Positions 44,960 through 55,067 of a stretch of 63,188 bases of DNA are shown piece after piece. Numbering within the stretch: the stretch's first letter is position 1; every line of letters starts with the position of its first letter. The stretch comes from a bacterium. Lineage in GTDB: Bacteria > SZUA-182 > SZUA-191 > JAJRXT01. Made by a program: the position numbers and the translations under genes. The notes under the pieces are model-generated. The model was not told the origin of the DNA. It made no database searches and saw nothing but the letters and a program-made list of their open reading frames with translations. The stretch covers positions 1 to 63,188 of the forward strand of contig JAJRUS010000030.1 in the NCBI GenBank assembly GCA_024277675.1. The letters are read 5' to 3'.

Positions 44960-46201
44960 ATGAATTTATCGTTAGCAGAAAAAGAGAAATGGCTGTTACT
45001 GCTGGATAAAATTATAATATGGGATATTTTTATTTTTATACTGCTGCTGCCCTTTTCCCACATAACCACCTTACATTCAATCGCCAAGGTGCTGCCGCCG
45101 GTCGCCTGGGCGGCCAAGATGTTGCTGCGTAAGAAGATATCGCTCAAAAAAGATATGCTGTCATGGCCCATATTGGGATATGTGGGAGCCTGCCTGTTTT
45201 CATTACTCCACTCGGCAGATGTCTATTACAGCCTCAAAGAGATTCGTAGCGATATCATAGCGCCTGTATTACTGTATCTGGTCATTGTAAATAACATACG
45301 GCAAAAACATTTACGTATTATTTTTAGCTGCTTCCTGCTCTCAGCCTCAATTATTTCATCATACGGTATATGGGCATATATCAATGGTACGGGTGTGCTA
45401 TCCGGTCGGGCATTGTTGACCTTTTATTCTCACACCATCGCCGGGAGATATTTGAGCATATTGATTATTTTGAGTATGGGATTGGTGTATACCGTCAAAT
45501 CTCACCGGGGAAAAGCCGGTATTATACTCTGCCTGCTGGTTTCCAGCATAGCCCTTCTTCTGACGCAGGCCCGACAAGGGATTGTGGCCACCCTGATAGC
45601 AGGTATAATCTTTGCCCTGCTGAGGGATAAGCGATTGTTACTGATTATGGTGTTGGGATTGATGCTGACAGTGCCCTTTCTTCCCCGAAATACAATCATG
45701 CGCATGAAAAGTATTGTCATGCTCCCCACATATACCAATGAAACATCTACCATGCACAGCCGATATGGTATTTGGCAAGCGGCGGCTTTTATGCTCAGAG
45801 ACAACTGGTTATGGGGTTCAGGCTTTGGCTGGAAAAACGTGCGTCCCGGATTAAACGACTATCGCACTATATACAAGTTACAGATACCTGACCCGGAAAT
45901 AGAACACGCACATAATATTTTTCTCCAGGAGTGGCTGGAAACCGGTCTGGTCGGCTTTATCATGTTTTTGTGGCTGGTAGTAAGCCTATTCAGAAGTATA
46001 TGGCTGGTATTCCGCCACGGGCTTAAGCGCTACCCTGAAGCAGATTGTCTGGCCTCGGTTACCGCTACCCTGTGTGGGTTTTTTATTATGGGAATGGTCA
46101 CCTTCTTTTTGCGGTACGAGATGGTCTATTTATTCTGGATATCTATGGCACTATTTATAGTATTATCCGAACCCACAAGACAGGCAGCGCAGCATAATTA
46201 A
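44960..46201 (+). CDS. O-antigen ligase family protein (WaaL/Wzy_C)
   Basis: LLLTQARQG, SRYGIW...WLWGSGFG, HAHNIFLQ..LETGLVG. Confidence 0.88.
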   Translation: MNLSLAEKEKWLLLLDKIIIWDIFIFILLLPFSHITTLHSIAKVLPPVAWAAKMLLRKKISLKKDMLSWPILGYVGACLFSLLHSADVYYSLKEIRSDIIAPVLLYLVIVNNIRQKHLRIIFSCFLLSASIISSYGIWAYINGTGVLSGRALLTFYSHTIAGRYLSILIILSMGLVYTVKSHRGKAGIILCLLVSSIALLLTQARQGIVATLIAGIIFALLRDKRLLLIMVLGLMLTVPFLPRNTIMRMKSIVMLPTYTNETSTMHSRYGIWQAAAFMLRDNWLWGSGFGWKNVRPGLNDYRTIYKLQIPDPEIEHAHNIFLQEWLETGLVGFIMFLWLVVSLFRSIWLVFRHGLKRYPEADCLASVTATLCGFFIMGMVTFFLRYEMVYLFWISMALFIVLSEPTRQAAQHN

Positions 46202-46223
46202 ACCTGATAGCCGCCAATTGATG

Positions 46224-47630
46224 CTAATAGGCGTTTTTATTTATCAGCCCTTTCCAGACAGTAAGCCAGATTATCTTCAGATCAAATGTCAACGACCAGT
46301 TTTCTATATAATAGGTATCGTATTCCACTCGTTTCTCAATAGAAGTATCGCCTCGCCAGCCATTAATCTGCGCCCAACCGGTAACCCCCGCCTTCACCCG
46401 ATGGCGCTGCATATAGTGGGCGACCTCGGCCTTAAATTGTTTGACAAAATGAGGCCGCTCAGGACGCGGCCCCACCAGACTCATTTCTCCTTTTAAAACA
46501 TTAAACAACTGCGGCAACTCATCCAGACTGGTAGAGCGCAAAAATGCCCCAAAACGTGTACGGCGCGGGTCATCTTTAGCTGTCCAGCACGGCCCGTTTT
46601 TATCTTCCGCATCTACCCACATAGTGCGAAATTTATACATCATAAAGGCCCGGTTATCCAGGCCCATGCGTTCCTGTTTATAGAAAACCGGCCCCTTTGA
46701 GGTCAGCTTTATCAGCATTGCAATCAGCATGAAAAGCGGAGCCAGCAGCGCCAGCATAAGCGTAGCCAGCATAAGGTCTTCCGTACCTTTTAAAAAGCGG
46801 TTCCCCATTTGTTCCATAGCTGTTTTGTCCAGCCCGATGAGCGGGATACCGTCCAGTTCGTCAATCTCCGCCTGATGGGTGATAACCGCAAACAAATCAG
46901 GCACAATACGCACCCGCAAGCCCTCTTTTTGACAAATATTAATTAAACGCAACATATGTTCGTGCGCACTTAAGGGCAGCGCAATAATTACTTCATCAAC
47001 CCCATTCCCGGCTAAAATTTTCAGCATATCATCCGTTTTGCCCAACACCTTGACCCCGTCAATCTGCTGCCCCTGTTTTGCCGGGTCATCATCCAGAAAA
47101 CCGACTACTTTATAACCCAAACCGGGACGGGTCTCTATTTTGGCCGCAATCTGCTGCCCCAACCTGGCGGCTCCAATAATCAATAAATAGCGCAAATTAT
47201 AGCCGCGGCGACGCAGCCGGTTCAAATACGAACGCACTAAAGTCCGGGAAAGCTGTAGCAGAATAAGGTTAATCACCCAAAAATAAACCACCACTATACG
47301 AGAATAAGAAAAACTGCGATAGAAGAACATTAAGCCGGTAATAATTACCACCCCTAAACTTACCGCCTTAAAAAGATGGAAAAACTCATCCAACCGGGAC
47401 AGCCCCCGCTTCGGTTCATAAAGCTTATTCTCACGAAAAAGAAACAACCAGATCAAATTGATATATAAAAGAAAGGGCAAATAAGGCTGGATAGGGGGGA
47501 CACCCCTCGTTATTGGCACCAAGGGCAACGTAAAACGCAGATAATATGCCAGCATAAAAGAAACAGAGTTGACCAGCAGGTCATTTATGATGAATAACTT
47601 TAAAAACAGCTGACTGTGTCTTTTAAGCAT
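46224..47630 (-). CDS. wcaJ: Undecaprenyl-phosphate glucose phosphotransferase
   Basis: YKFRTM, DDPRRT, SLDELPQLFNVLKGEMSLVGPRPE, VKAGVTGWAQING, YIENWS. Confidence 0.9.
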   Translation of the reverse strand: MLKRHSQLFLKLFIINDLLVNSVSFMLAYYLRFTLPLVPITRGVPPIQPYLPFLLYINLIWLFLFRENKLYEPKRGLSRLDEFFHLFKAVSLGVVIITGLMFFYRSFSYSRIVVVYFWVINLILLQLSRTLVRSYLNRLRRRGYNLRYLLIIGAARLGQQIAAKIETRPGLGYKVVGFLDDDPAKQGQQIDGVKVLGKTDDMLKILAGNGVDEVIIALPLSAHEHMLRLINICQKEGLRVRIVPDLFAVITHQAEIDELDGIPLIGLDKTAMEQMGNRFLKGTEDLMLATLMLALLAPLFMLIAMLIKLTSKGPVFYKQERMGLDNRAFMMYKFRTMWVDAEDKNGPCWTAKDDPRRTRFGAFLRSTSLDELPQLFNVLKGEMSLVGPRPERPHFVKQFKAEVAHYMQRHRVKAGVTGWAQINGWRGDTSIEKRVEYDTYYIENWSLTFDLKIIWLTVWKGLINKNAY

Positions 47631-48744
47631 GGGGGATGTTTCCTCCAGCCTGATACTGGGAAAACTTCTGCTCGATCAAGGCTTGCATCCGCTTACGAAA
47701 TGCTTGCCTTCCAAATTGCAAAGCGCCTTTTCTAATAAGCTCAGCATCAAAACGCAGCCGGCCAAGGCGTTCCAATGCCGGAACAAGAGAATCAGCGGTT
47801 TGCGCTGGAAAGAATAACCCCCGTTCCGGCTCAACTACGGTTTCCAACGCCCCTCCCACAGCATAGGCAACCACCGGACAGCCACAGCTCTGGGCCTCCA
47901 ACGGCACCATGCCGCAGTATTCTTCTCCGGTAAAAAGCAGCGCCCGGCAATTACGGTAATGTTCCCTGATTTGTTCATTGCTTTGATAGCCCAGAAATTT
48001 TATTTGTGAAGCAGCCATGTTTTGCAAACGGACACGTTCGACCCCATCACCAATAATTACCAATGGCAGTTGTAATCGTTTACAGGCGGCAATAGCTATA
48101 TCAACCCGTTTATAGGGCACCAGGGCCGATACCACCAAAAAATAATCTTGCCGGGGTTTATTGACCGGAGTAAAAAAATCAGTATCTATTGGTGGATAAA
48201 CCACTTCCGCCGGACGGCGATAGTGTTTTCCGATTCGCCTGGCGGTGTGCTCGGAATTAGCAATAAAATAATCTACTCTGTCGGCTGAAATCCTGTCCCA
48301 AAGACGCAGCCGCGACATGAACCAGGCGATGCAGCAGCGCGAAACGGCATTTGTTCGCTTTTTGTCAAAGTATTGGTGGTACATATCCCAGGCGTAACGC
48401 ATCGGGGCATGGATATAGCTGATATGACAAGTGCCGGGGCGGGTGATTACCCCCTTGGCCACACAGTGGCTGCTACTGATTACCAGATCGTAGCCTGCCA
48501 TATCAAACCCCTCAATGGCGATAGGAAATAAAGGCAGATACAACTGATGCCTTTTTCGGGCGAAAGGCAGTCGTTGAATAAATGTGGTTTTGATGGGCAT
48601 CCGGTTAATCGTTTCGGAAATATTTTCCGGCAGATGAACCAGGGTATATATATCAGCCTCCGAATAAAGCTTACACAGCTCTTCCAATACATATTCCCCA
48701 CCCCGCATCCCGGTAAGCCAGTCATGGATTAAGGCTACTTTCAT
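47623..48744 (-). CDS. GT4 glycosyltransferase
   Basis: MKVALIHDWLTGMRGGE, VISSSHCVAKG, EYCGMVPLEAQSCG. Confidence 0.92.
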   Translation of the reverse strand: MKVALIHDWLTGMRGGEYVLEELCKLYSEADIYTLVHLPENISETINRMPIKTTFIQRLPFARKRHQLYLPLFPIAIEGFDMAGYDLVISSSHCVAKGVITRPGTCHISYIHAPMRYAWDMYHQYFDKKRTNAVSRCCIAWFMSRLRLWDRISADRVDYFIANSEHTARRIGKHYRRPAEVVYPPIDTDFFTPVNKPRQDYFLVVSALVPYKRVDIAIAACKRLQLPLVIIGDGVERVRLQNMAASQIKFLGYQSNEQIREHYRNCRALLFTGEEYCGMVPLEAQSCGCPVVAYAVGGALETVVEPERGLFFPAQTADSLVPALERLGRLRFDAELIRKGALQFGRQAFRKRMQALIEQKFSQYQAGGNIPHA

Positions 48745-48759
48745 GATTATCCTTTTACC

Positions 48760-48831
48760 AAGCTCTCGGTAAACCCTCAGTGTTCGCCTGGCAGCCGCTT
48801 TCCAGGAAAACTTTTCGGCCCGCTCATGTCC
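48760..48831 (-). pseudogene. Remnant C-terminus of a deleted GT4 gene
   Basis: Translates GHERAEKFSWKAAARRTLRVYREL, the typical last helix of GT4 enzymes; no start codon. Confidence 0.6.
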
Positions 48832-48887
48832 TGAAAAGTTGCGGGATAAATAATTCCGTAAAAATATAGCTCAGGCAAAAATCTCAT

Positions 48888-49958
48888 TCAGTGATTCTTC
48901 AGTAATCTCTCGACGATACCTTTCCCGGCCTCGCCCCTACCGTATAATTCCGAAGTATTCGTTAAGGGTTCCATAGCCCAGGAAAACCCGGCACAGATAG
49001 CCTCCTTTTCCGCCCCGACCACTCGATTAGCCCCACATTCCACTAATTCGCTCCACTCCGTTTCTTCACGCACAGTAAGGCATTTTTTGCCGAAGAAGTA
49101 TGCCTCTTTCTGAAGTCCGCCGGAATCCGTTATCACAAATGCACAATTCTCCAAATACCCCAGCATCGACAGATATGATAAAGGCTCCATAATCTCCAAC
49201 TGCCCATCCACTGCAACATTTTCATTTTCTAAAACTTTTCGCGTCCGGGGATGAAGCGGCAGGATTACCGGTACCGGAGCCTCATTCATTGCCGATAAAA
49301 TACCACCTAATCGGTTCAAATCATTGGTGTTCTCAGCCCGATGCAGAGAAGCCATGGCATATGCCCCGGCCCTATCCGGCAAGCTGGCTTTTTCCCGATA
49401 ATAAAGCGTCGCATCATACATCACATCACCTACCACATAAACACCTTCAGTGATTCCTTCCTGTGCCAACAGGTCTTTTGCCCTGCCGGAAGGACAGAAT
49501 AGACAGTCCGCAATATGATCGGTCAATATACGATTTATCTCCTCAGGCATCCTTCGATTAAAAGAGCGCAAACCGGCTTCAACATGGGCCACCCGCAGTT
49601 GTAATTTGGTGGCGGCCAGTGCGCCGGCCAGGGTAGAATTTGTATCCCCATAAACCAGCATCCAGTCTGGTTGGCGAGCTATGATCTGGTTTTCAATTCC
49701 AGCCAGCATAGTACCGGTAACCTCGCCATGCTTGCCGGAGCCCACCTCCAGATTTATTGCCGGAGCCGGAATTTCCAGCTCATCGAAAAAGGCCTGGCTC
49801 ATCATATAATCATAATGCTGACCTGTATGGATTAACTGCTCCTCAATGACCATTGACGGATGTCGCCGGTTATGCCCGGCAATTGCACGGCTTACCACCG
49901 CCGCTTTGATAAATTGTGGTCGAGCGCCCACAATGGTTAATATTTTTAGTGCAACCAT
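48888..49958 (-). CDS. wecB: UDP-N-acetylglucosamine 2-epimerase (non-hydrolysing)
   Basis: GARPQFIK, HTGQHYD, YGDTNST, HVEAGLRS, HRAEN, TDSGGLQKEA. Confidence 0.95.
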   Translation of the reverse strand: MVALKILTIVGARPQFIKAAVVSRAIAGHNRRHPSMVIEEQLIHTGQHYDYMMSQAFFDELEIPAPAINLEVGSGKHGEVTGTMLAGIENQIIARQPDWMLVYGDTNSTLAGALAATKLQLRVAHVEAGLRSFNRRMPEEINRILTDHIADCLFCPSGRAKDLLAQEGITEGVYVVGDVMYDATLYYREKASLPDRAGAYAMASLHRAENTNDLNRLGGILSAMNEAPVPVILPLHPRTRKVLENENVAVDGQLEIMEPLSYLSMLGYLENCAFVITDSGGLQKEAYFFGKKCLTVREETEWSELVECGANRVVGAEKEAICAGFSWAMEPLTNTSELYGRGEAGKGIVERLLKNH

Positions 49959-50143
49959 GCTGTTAAAACCTTATAATGTTGCTCATTCAGCAACCGGCAA
50001 TTTATAAAAATAACGGGAATATATTACCCTGTTGCCATCAGAAAAGCAAGTTGCGACTTAACTCGATGGATAGTCTTGCCAAGCATTGACAAAATCTGTT
50101 TTCAATGCTATTAGAACTATGGGGTCTGTGAACCCTGGGATTA

Positions 50144-51097
50144 ATGATTCTTACGGAGGGTAGCTATATTAATATACTAAAGAAGAGATTAGACCTCATC
50201 ATCCTGGTCATCATCATTCCGGCCTTAGTGGTTTATGTGTTCCGGCATCAGGAAGAATTTAAACTTATTAAGCAAATAGACTACCTGTTTCTCTTTCCCA
50301 TGGCCTTGATTGTACTGGCTATCTTCGCCTTAAACGGTTTAATCACCAAATTATACGTCAAATTATTCGGCACTGAATTAACCCCCCGGGAATGGTTCGG
50401 GTTATCGGCGATTACCGCCATGGGCAATTATCTGGCGCCATTCAGGGGTGGGATTGCCGGTAAAGCGCTGTACCTTAAGAAAAAGCATCAGTTCCCCTAT
50501 ACCTCCTTCCTGGCGGCCTATACCTCATCGTATATATTATTGTTTCTGGTGGGTAGTCTGCTGGGGCTTTTGTCCCTGGAGCTCTTCTATTTGAGCCACC
50601 AATTAGTCGATTGGCGGCTGGTGGCCTTCTTTTTTGTAGTCTTAGCCGTAATTATAGCAGCGCTTAAAGCCTCCAGCTATACGCCCACCGGCGAAGGCCG
50701 CATCGCTCAACACTGGCGCAACCTGAATCAGGGCTGGCAATATATCAAGGACGATAAATCGCTGCTGCTCAAAGTCAGCCTGCTATTCCTTACCAATTTT
50801 ATAATGATTAGTTTGCAGCTTTATTTCGGCTATATGGCGATAGCGCATCAAATACCTTATCAAGCGGCGCTGTTTATGGCGGTGATCCTCTCCTTCTCCA
50901 TATTTACCAGCATAACCCCCGGTAACTTAGGTGTTCAGGAATCGGTTATCGCTATTTTGAGCCAATTGTTCGGGCTGGGCTTTAATGAAGGGCTGCTGGT
51001 AGCCGGACTCCTGCGAATAGTGCTGATGAGCGTAGCCTTCACCCTGGGCCCCATCTACAGCTACATATTCGCTAAATCCATCTCAGTAGAGAAATAG
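50144..51097 (+). CDS. LPG_synthase_TM (UPF0104) flippase-like membrane protein
   Basis: MGNYLAPFRGG, ITPGNLGVQE; multi-TM. Confidence 0.8.
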   Translation: MILTEGSYINILKKRLDLIILVIIIPALVVYVFRHQEEFKLIKQIDYLFLFPMALIVLAIFALNGLITKLYVKLFGTELTPREWFGLSAITAMGNYLAPFRGGIAGKALYLKKKHQFPYTSFLAAYTSSYILLFLVGSLLGLLSLELFYLSHQLVDWRLVAFFFVVLAVIIAALKASSYTPTGEGRIAQHWRNLNQGWQYIKDDKSLLLKVSLLFLTNFIMISLQLYFGYMAIAHQIPYQAALFMAVILSFSIFTSITPGNLGVQESVIAILSQLFGLGFNEGLLVAGLLRIVLMSVAFTLGPIYSYIFAKSISVEK

Positions 51098-51176
51098 CTA
51101 TAAGGAACCCAGGAATGCAGGAAGTGGAAGATAGGGTCGAAATGCGGGGTCAGGTTCCAGCGGGTTGTTGCCTCAA

Positions 51177-51198
51177 CCACCTGTGGTGGGGCAATGAA
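51177..51198 (+). repeat. 22-bp dispersed repeat, copy 2
   Basis: 21/22 identical to 2758..2779. Confidence 0.75.
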
Positions 51199-51274
51199 AA
51201 TCTAGCTTATTCGTTAAGTTGGTAGTTGCTGCGACACCGTAAATCGGAGAAAAGAGCAATTTTTAAAGGTGTCC

Positions 51275-51721
51275 TTAATCCTTTACCACCCACACTTTAA
51301 CCACTGCTTCAATTTCGGGGTGCAGCTTTACCGGTATATCATAGATGCCCAGGACTTTAATAGGCTCTTTCAGCATAATCAGCTTCTTATCAAGCTCTAT
51401 GCCTTCAGCTTTCAGTCCTTTTACAATATCGATAGCGGTTACCGAACCGAATAATTTATCGTTTTCGCCCACCTGTTTCCTCACCGTACAGGGCGTCTTC
51501 GCCAGTAGTTGAACAAATTCCTCCAGCCGCTCCCGCTCTTTTTCAGCCTGGATTTGTTTCTTCCGGCGCTTTATTTCCAGTTGTTTTTTGCTCTGAGCGG
51601 TAGCCTTTAAGGCCAAACCTTTGGGCAGCAGGTAATTCCTGGCATAACCATCGGCTACCTTAACTATCTCCCCGAAGGGACCCAGTTTATCTACATCATC
51701 TAATAAAATTACCTCCATCAC
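51275..51721 (-). CDS. rplI: 50S ribosomal protein L9
   Basis: VADGYARNYLLPKGLA, KLFGSVT, IKVLG. Confidence 0.97.
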   Translation of the reverse strand: MMEVILLDDVDKLGPFGEIVKVADGYARNYLLPKGLALKATAQSKKQLEIKRRKKQIQAEKERERLEEFVQLLAKTPCTVRKQVGENDKLFGSVTAIDIVKGLKAEGIELDKKLIMLKEPIKVLGIYDIPVKLHPEIEAVVKVWVVKD

Positions 51722-51786
51722 GGCTTCTCCTCAGCTTAATTTTTAGATTGTAAAAACTATAAGACAGTGTTTATCTTATGGCGCCC

Positions 51787-52740
51787 TTATGCTTTAGCCT
51801 GTTTTATCTTTCTGAAATCAAACCAAACATCAAACAACCCCAGGGGAAACAACAGCAGTATAAACACCGGCTGAATTATCAGGGTACCGGCTACCAGCAG
51901 CTTAAGAATCGAGGTCATGCGTGGGTTAGTCCAAAAGAATATACCGATAGCCAGGCCCTGCAATGTATAGACCGCTAAAAAGACTAAGGTTGCATTAAGT
52001 CCCCACACGTTCAGTGTAGAAATCCCCAGCATCCATAGGAAAATAGAAGCTATCAGCCCCCAGACCCAGAGATCCGGCGCTAAAAATCGCGAAAACGGGG
52101 TACGGTCGGCCACCATATAACCCAGCTTAACCAGCACTATTCTGGCCAGCAGATAATTGGCGATAACCAAAAACAGCGACATACTGATATACATACCGGG
52201 ATAAGCCAACAACACAAATTCTTTGAGCTTTCGGGAGCCTTCCATTAAGGCCGCTTTTTGCTCACTATCTAAGTCCATCTGCTCATAAGCCCGATTGACC
52301 TCCCCTACCTGCCGCTCAACCTCAACGGTTAGATATTCTTTGGGGTTAACCCCCTGGGTGGTAACCATTATTCCCAATAGCAGTATCGCCGCCGCTACAT
52401 TAACCAGGAAAACGAAGAAGATAATCTTCTCCTGGGCTAATTTCTGCTTAAACCCATACGCCAAGGCTAAACTTAAAAAACCAAACTCAAAGAAAAAAGT
52501 CACCCCGTACAATTGCCCTCCCCAGACAGAGAGCACAACCAGCAGGGCAAACAAAAGCACTGTCCCTGAAAGCAAGCCGTGGCGCAGACTAAAGACGGTT
52601 ATCGCCACCGGCGTCAATATAATCAGGAATACACCTATTATGCGGAGGGGAATGTTGAAACCGATGAATAGACAAACTACGATTAAAGCTAAAAACAGAA
52701 AAAATTCTTTAGCCGGATTAACGGTATTAGCGGCAGACAA
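51787..52740 (-). CDS. DUF2232 / YybS family membrane protein
   Basis: Multi-TM; QGLA; GLFDVWFDFRK; canonical slot between rpsR and rplI. Confidence 0.88.
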   Translation of the reverse strand: MSAANTVNPAKEFFLFLALIVVCLFIGFNIPLRIIGVFLIILTPVAITVFSLRHGLLSGTVLLFALLVVLSVWGGQLYGVTFFFEFGFLSLALAYGFKQKLAQEKIIFFVFLVNVAAAILLLGIMVTTQGVNPKEYLTVEVERQVGEVNRAYEQMDLDSEQKAALMEGSRKLKEFVLLAYPGMYISMSLFLVIANYLLARIVLVKLGYMVADRTPFSRFLAPDLWVWGLIASIFLWMLGISTLNVWGLNATLVFLAVYTLQGLAIGIFFWTNPRMTSILKLLVAGTLIIQPVFILLLFPLGLFDVWFDFRKIKQAKA

Positions 52741-52789
52741 ACGCTTTCTTCCCTATGTTCAAATGCCAAACAGGGCAATATTACTACCC

Positions 52790-53032
52790 CTATTCAACGG
52801 AAAACGGCAACAAGGCTATATTGCGCGCCCTTTTAATAGCAGTGGTTAGCTGGCGCTGGTGCGGTGCACAATTCCCCGAAATACGCCGCGGGATTATTTT
52901 ACCCCGATCGGTAATAAAATTGCGCAACCTTCTGGTATCCTTATAATCTATATAATCAACCTTGTCTACACAAAATTTACATACCTTCCTACGCGAAAAA
53001 CTTGATCTTCTTTCCCTCATGCGCCTAAACAC
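52790..53032 (-). CDS. rpsR: 30S ribosomal protein S18
   Basis: CKFC...IDYKD...[13 protein letters not shown]...[12 protein letters not shown]. Confidence 0.98.
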   Translation of the reverse strand: MFRRMRERRSSFSRRKVCKFCVDKVDYIDYKDTRRLRNFITDRGKIIPRRISGNCAPHQRQLTTAIKRARNIALLPFSVE

Positions 53033-53112
53033 CTATTTGCTTGGGTTACTCAAGAAAAGCGCTAAAACTGCGCTCACAATTATGTTTATACTTAATGGAG
53101 CCTTGCAATTGA

Positions 53113-53157
53113 GGTCATTGACCCCTTGGGAACAGGTTCCCTTGGGGACATATCCCC
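53113..53157. repeat. Three tandem mini-palindromes (ggtcattgacc, gggaacaggttccc, ggggacatatcccc)
   Basis: Seen directly between ssb and rpsR; matching units at about 32820 and 11590. Confidence 0.55.
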
Positions 53158-53188
53158 TTTTTCAAGGCACCCTTGACAACAGCAAAAA

Positions 53189-53590
53189 CTAAAATGGAAT
53201 TCCCTCATCACTGCCGCCAGGCATATCTTCACCCGCCCGGTCTGTTGCCTGACCCCTTTCGCCGGCTCGAGGTAAGAACTGAACACTGTTGGCTACCACC
53301 TCTATCTTAGTGCGCCGCTGGCCATCTTCGGTCTCCCAGGAATGCTGCCGCAGGCGGCCCTCCAACATCACCCCACTGCCCTTGCTCAAAAATTCACTAC
53401 AATTTTCAGCCTGTTTTCCCCACACGGTGATATCTATGAAACACACCTCATCTTTTAATTCACCATTCTGGCGATAGCGGCGGTTCACCGCCAGGCCGAA
53501 GCTACACAGCGAATTTCCCCCGGGAGTATAGCGTAATTCCGGGTCCCGGGTCAGATTACCCATCAAAATAACCTTATTAAAACTAGCCAT
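53189..53590 (-). CDS. ssb: Single-stranded DNA-binding protein
   Basis: NKVILMGNLTRDPELRYT, EGRL, acidic C-terminus DEGIPF. Confidence 0.97.
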   Translation of the reverse strand: MASFNKVILMGNLTRDPELRYTPGGNSLCSFGLAVNRRYRQNGELKDEVCFIDITVWGKQAENCSEFLSKGSGVMLEGRLRQHSWETEDGQRRTKIEVVANSVQFLPRAGERGQATDRAGEDMPGGSDEGIPF

Positions 53591-53592
53591 TA

Positions 53593-53934
53593 TTATTCCT
53601 CCTTGGGCGAACTATCCGCCTCATCGGCTTTCTTTATCTGGCCGGGACGTATATTCAGCGTAACGAACCTGATAATAGGGTCCGCCAGCTTATAATGGCG
53701 TTCAATAGGGGCTATTCCCTTTGGCTCACACTGAAAATGCAACAGGATATAATTACCCTGTTTGTATTTCTGAATCTCATATGCCAGATCCCGCAATCCC
53801 CATTTTTCCAGATTGGTGATTTCTCCGCCCTGTTTCTTAATCACATTTTCAAGCTTGCTTAAGCTTTCCTCAAACTGTTCTTCCTCCAAATCCGGTTTTA
53901 AGACAACCATACTTTCATAATCTTTCATACTCAT
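53593..53934 (-). CDS. rpsF: 30S ribosomal protein S6
   Basis: YESMVVLKPDL, WGLRDLAYEIQK..GNY, VIRF-like. Confidence 0.97.
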   Translation of the reverse strand: MSMKDYESMVVLKPDLEEEQFEESLSKLENVIKKQGGEITNLEKWGLRDLAYEIQKYKQGNYILLHFQCEPKGIAPIERHYKLADPIIRFVTLNIRPGQIKKADEADSSPKEE

Positions 53935-54155
53935 CCCCCTTTTGGCTATATACAGCCCTAAAGTTATTTTAGAGCAAGGAGCTATTTTAGCCCAATTTAT
54001 GTAAAACTAACACAGCGCAAGGAATAAATCAAGCTGTTTTTAACCCGACTAAGTCGGGCTTTGTTACCAGCGAAACTACAGCTAACTGTAAAATTTAGAC
54101 TTATCAGCTTCCAGTCAAGGTTTTTTTTGCAAACTACGCTTTTAAGGACGTTGGA

Positions 54156-54731
54156 TTAGTAACCGGATAAGCTGATTTTACCTTTTTCCAGATCGATTAC
54201 CACCTTAAACTTATTCAAAAAACTTAAACCAAGCAGCCGGGTTTTTCCGACCACCACTGGAATATTATTGACTTTTGCATTGCCAATCCTAACCGAATCA
54301 AGTCTGATCCTGGGCGCTTCAATCACTTTTCCATCCGCCAGCCTTACCTTTACCGTGGCTGCCTGAGTCAAATCCAGCCCCAGAACCCGGGCATCTTCTT
54401 CGGTTATTAACACATCGGTTGAGCCTGTATCCAGTAAAAATTCCACCGGATAATTCCCATTTAGAAATCCTGATACTACAATGGTCTTCTTTCTACGGAC
54501 GAAATTGACCACCGTGCTATCCGGAGAATCACCCGGCTCAAAGTTCCGCCCGACAGGGTCAAGAATGATTTTAACTTTATCCCTGTATTTTTCGGGAATG
54601 GACTCTTCTTTATCGGTGGCATACTGAATCCCTTCGTCATCTGTCCAGATAAAGGCCTTGCCCCAAACCACAGATGCACTACCGATCAAGGATATCAGCA
54701 AGATAAAGAATGTCTTTTTTAACACAAGCAT
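54156..54731 (-). CDS. Secreted retropepsin-like aspartyl protease with N-terminal DUF4124-like segment
   Basis: WTDDEGIQYATD..IPEKYR; FLLDTGS; LLGLSFL. Confidence 0.88.
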   Translation of the reverse strand: MLVLKKTFFILLISLIGSASVVWGKAFIWTDDEGIQYATDKEESIPEKYRDKVKIILDPVGRNFEPGDSPDSTVVNFVRRKKTIVVSGFLNGNYPVEFLLDTGSTDVLITEEDARVLGLDLTQAATVKVRLADGKVIEAPRIRLDSVRIGNAKVNNIPVVVGKTRLLGLSFLNKFKVVIDLEKGKISLSGY

Positions 54732-54732
54732 A

Positions 54733-55044
54733 TTACCCGGTCTGCTTTTGCTTTTGCGCCAGCTTTTTTACCTGCTTATCTAATTTATCGATTCGGTCAT
54801 TTACGGCCGCCAGCTCCGCTTTTGAAACAAAGGGGTTCTTGGCGGTAATCCTGCTAATTAACTCATTAATCAACTCCTCGCTCTTCTCCTTACCGCAACT
54901 GATTTTTTCCTCTAACTCGTCGACAAACTTAGCCCGCTCAGCTTCATCGAGTTTGCCCTTTTTTACCATTTCATCCAGAAAATCCATTACCTTAGCCTGA
55001 GTATCCAATCCACTTAATATCAAGCGCTTAAATAAATCGAACAT
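54733..55044 (-). CDS. Phasin/PHA-granule-associated-like coiled-coil protein
   Basis: RBS GGAGG before ATG at 55044; FLDEMVKKGKL...SKAELAAVNDRIDKLD. Confidence 0.7.
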   Translation of the reverse strand: MFDLFKRLILSGLDTQAKVMDFLDEMVKKGKLDEAERAKFVDELEEKISCGKEKSEELINELISRITAKNPFVSKAELAAVNDRIDKLDKQVKKLAQKQKQTG

Positions 55045-55067
55045 TTTTATCCTACCTCCTTTACATG

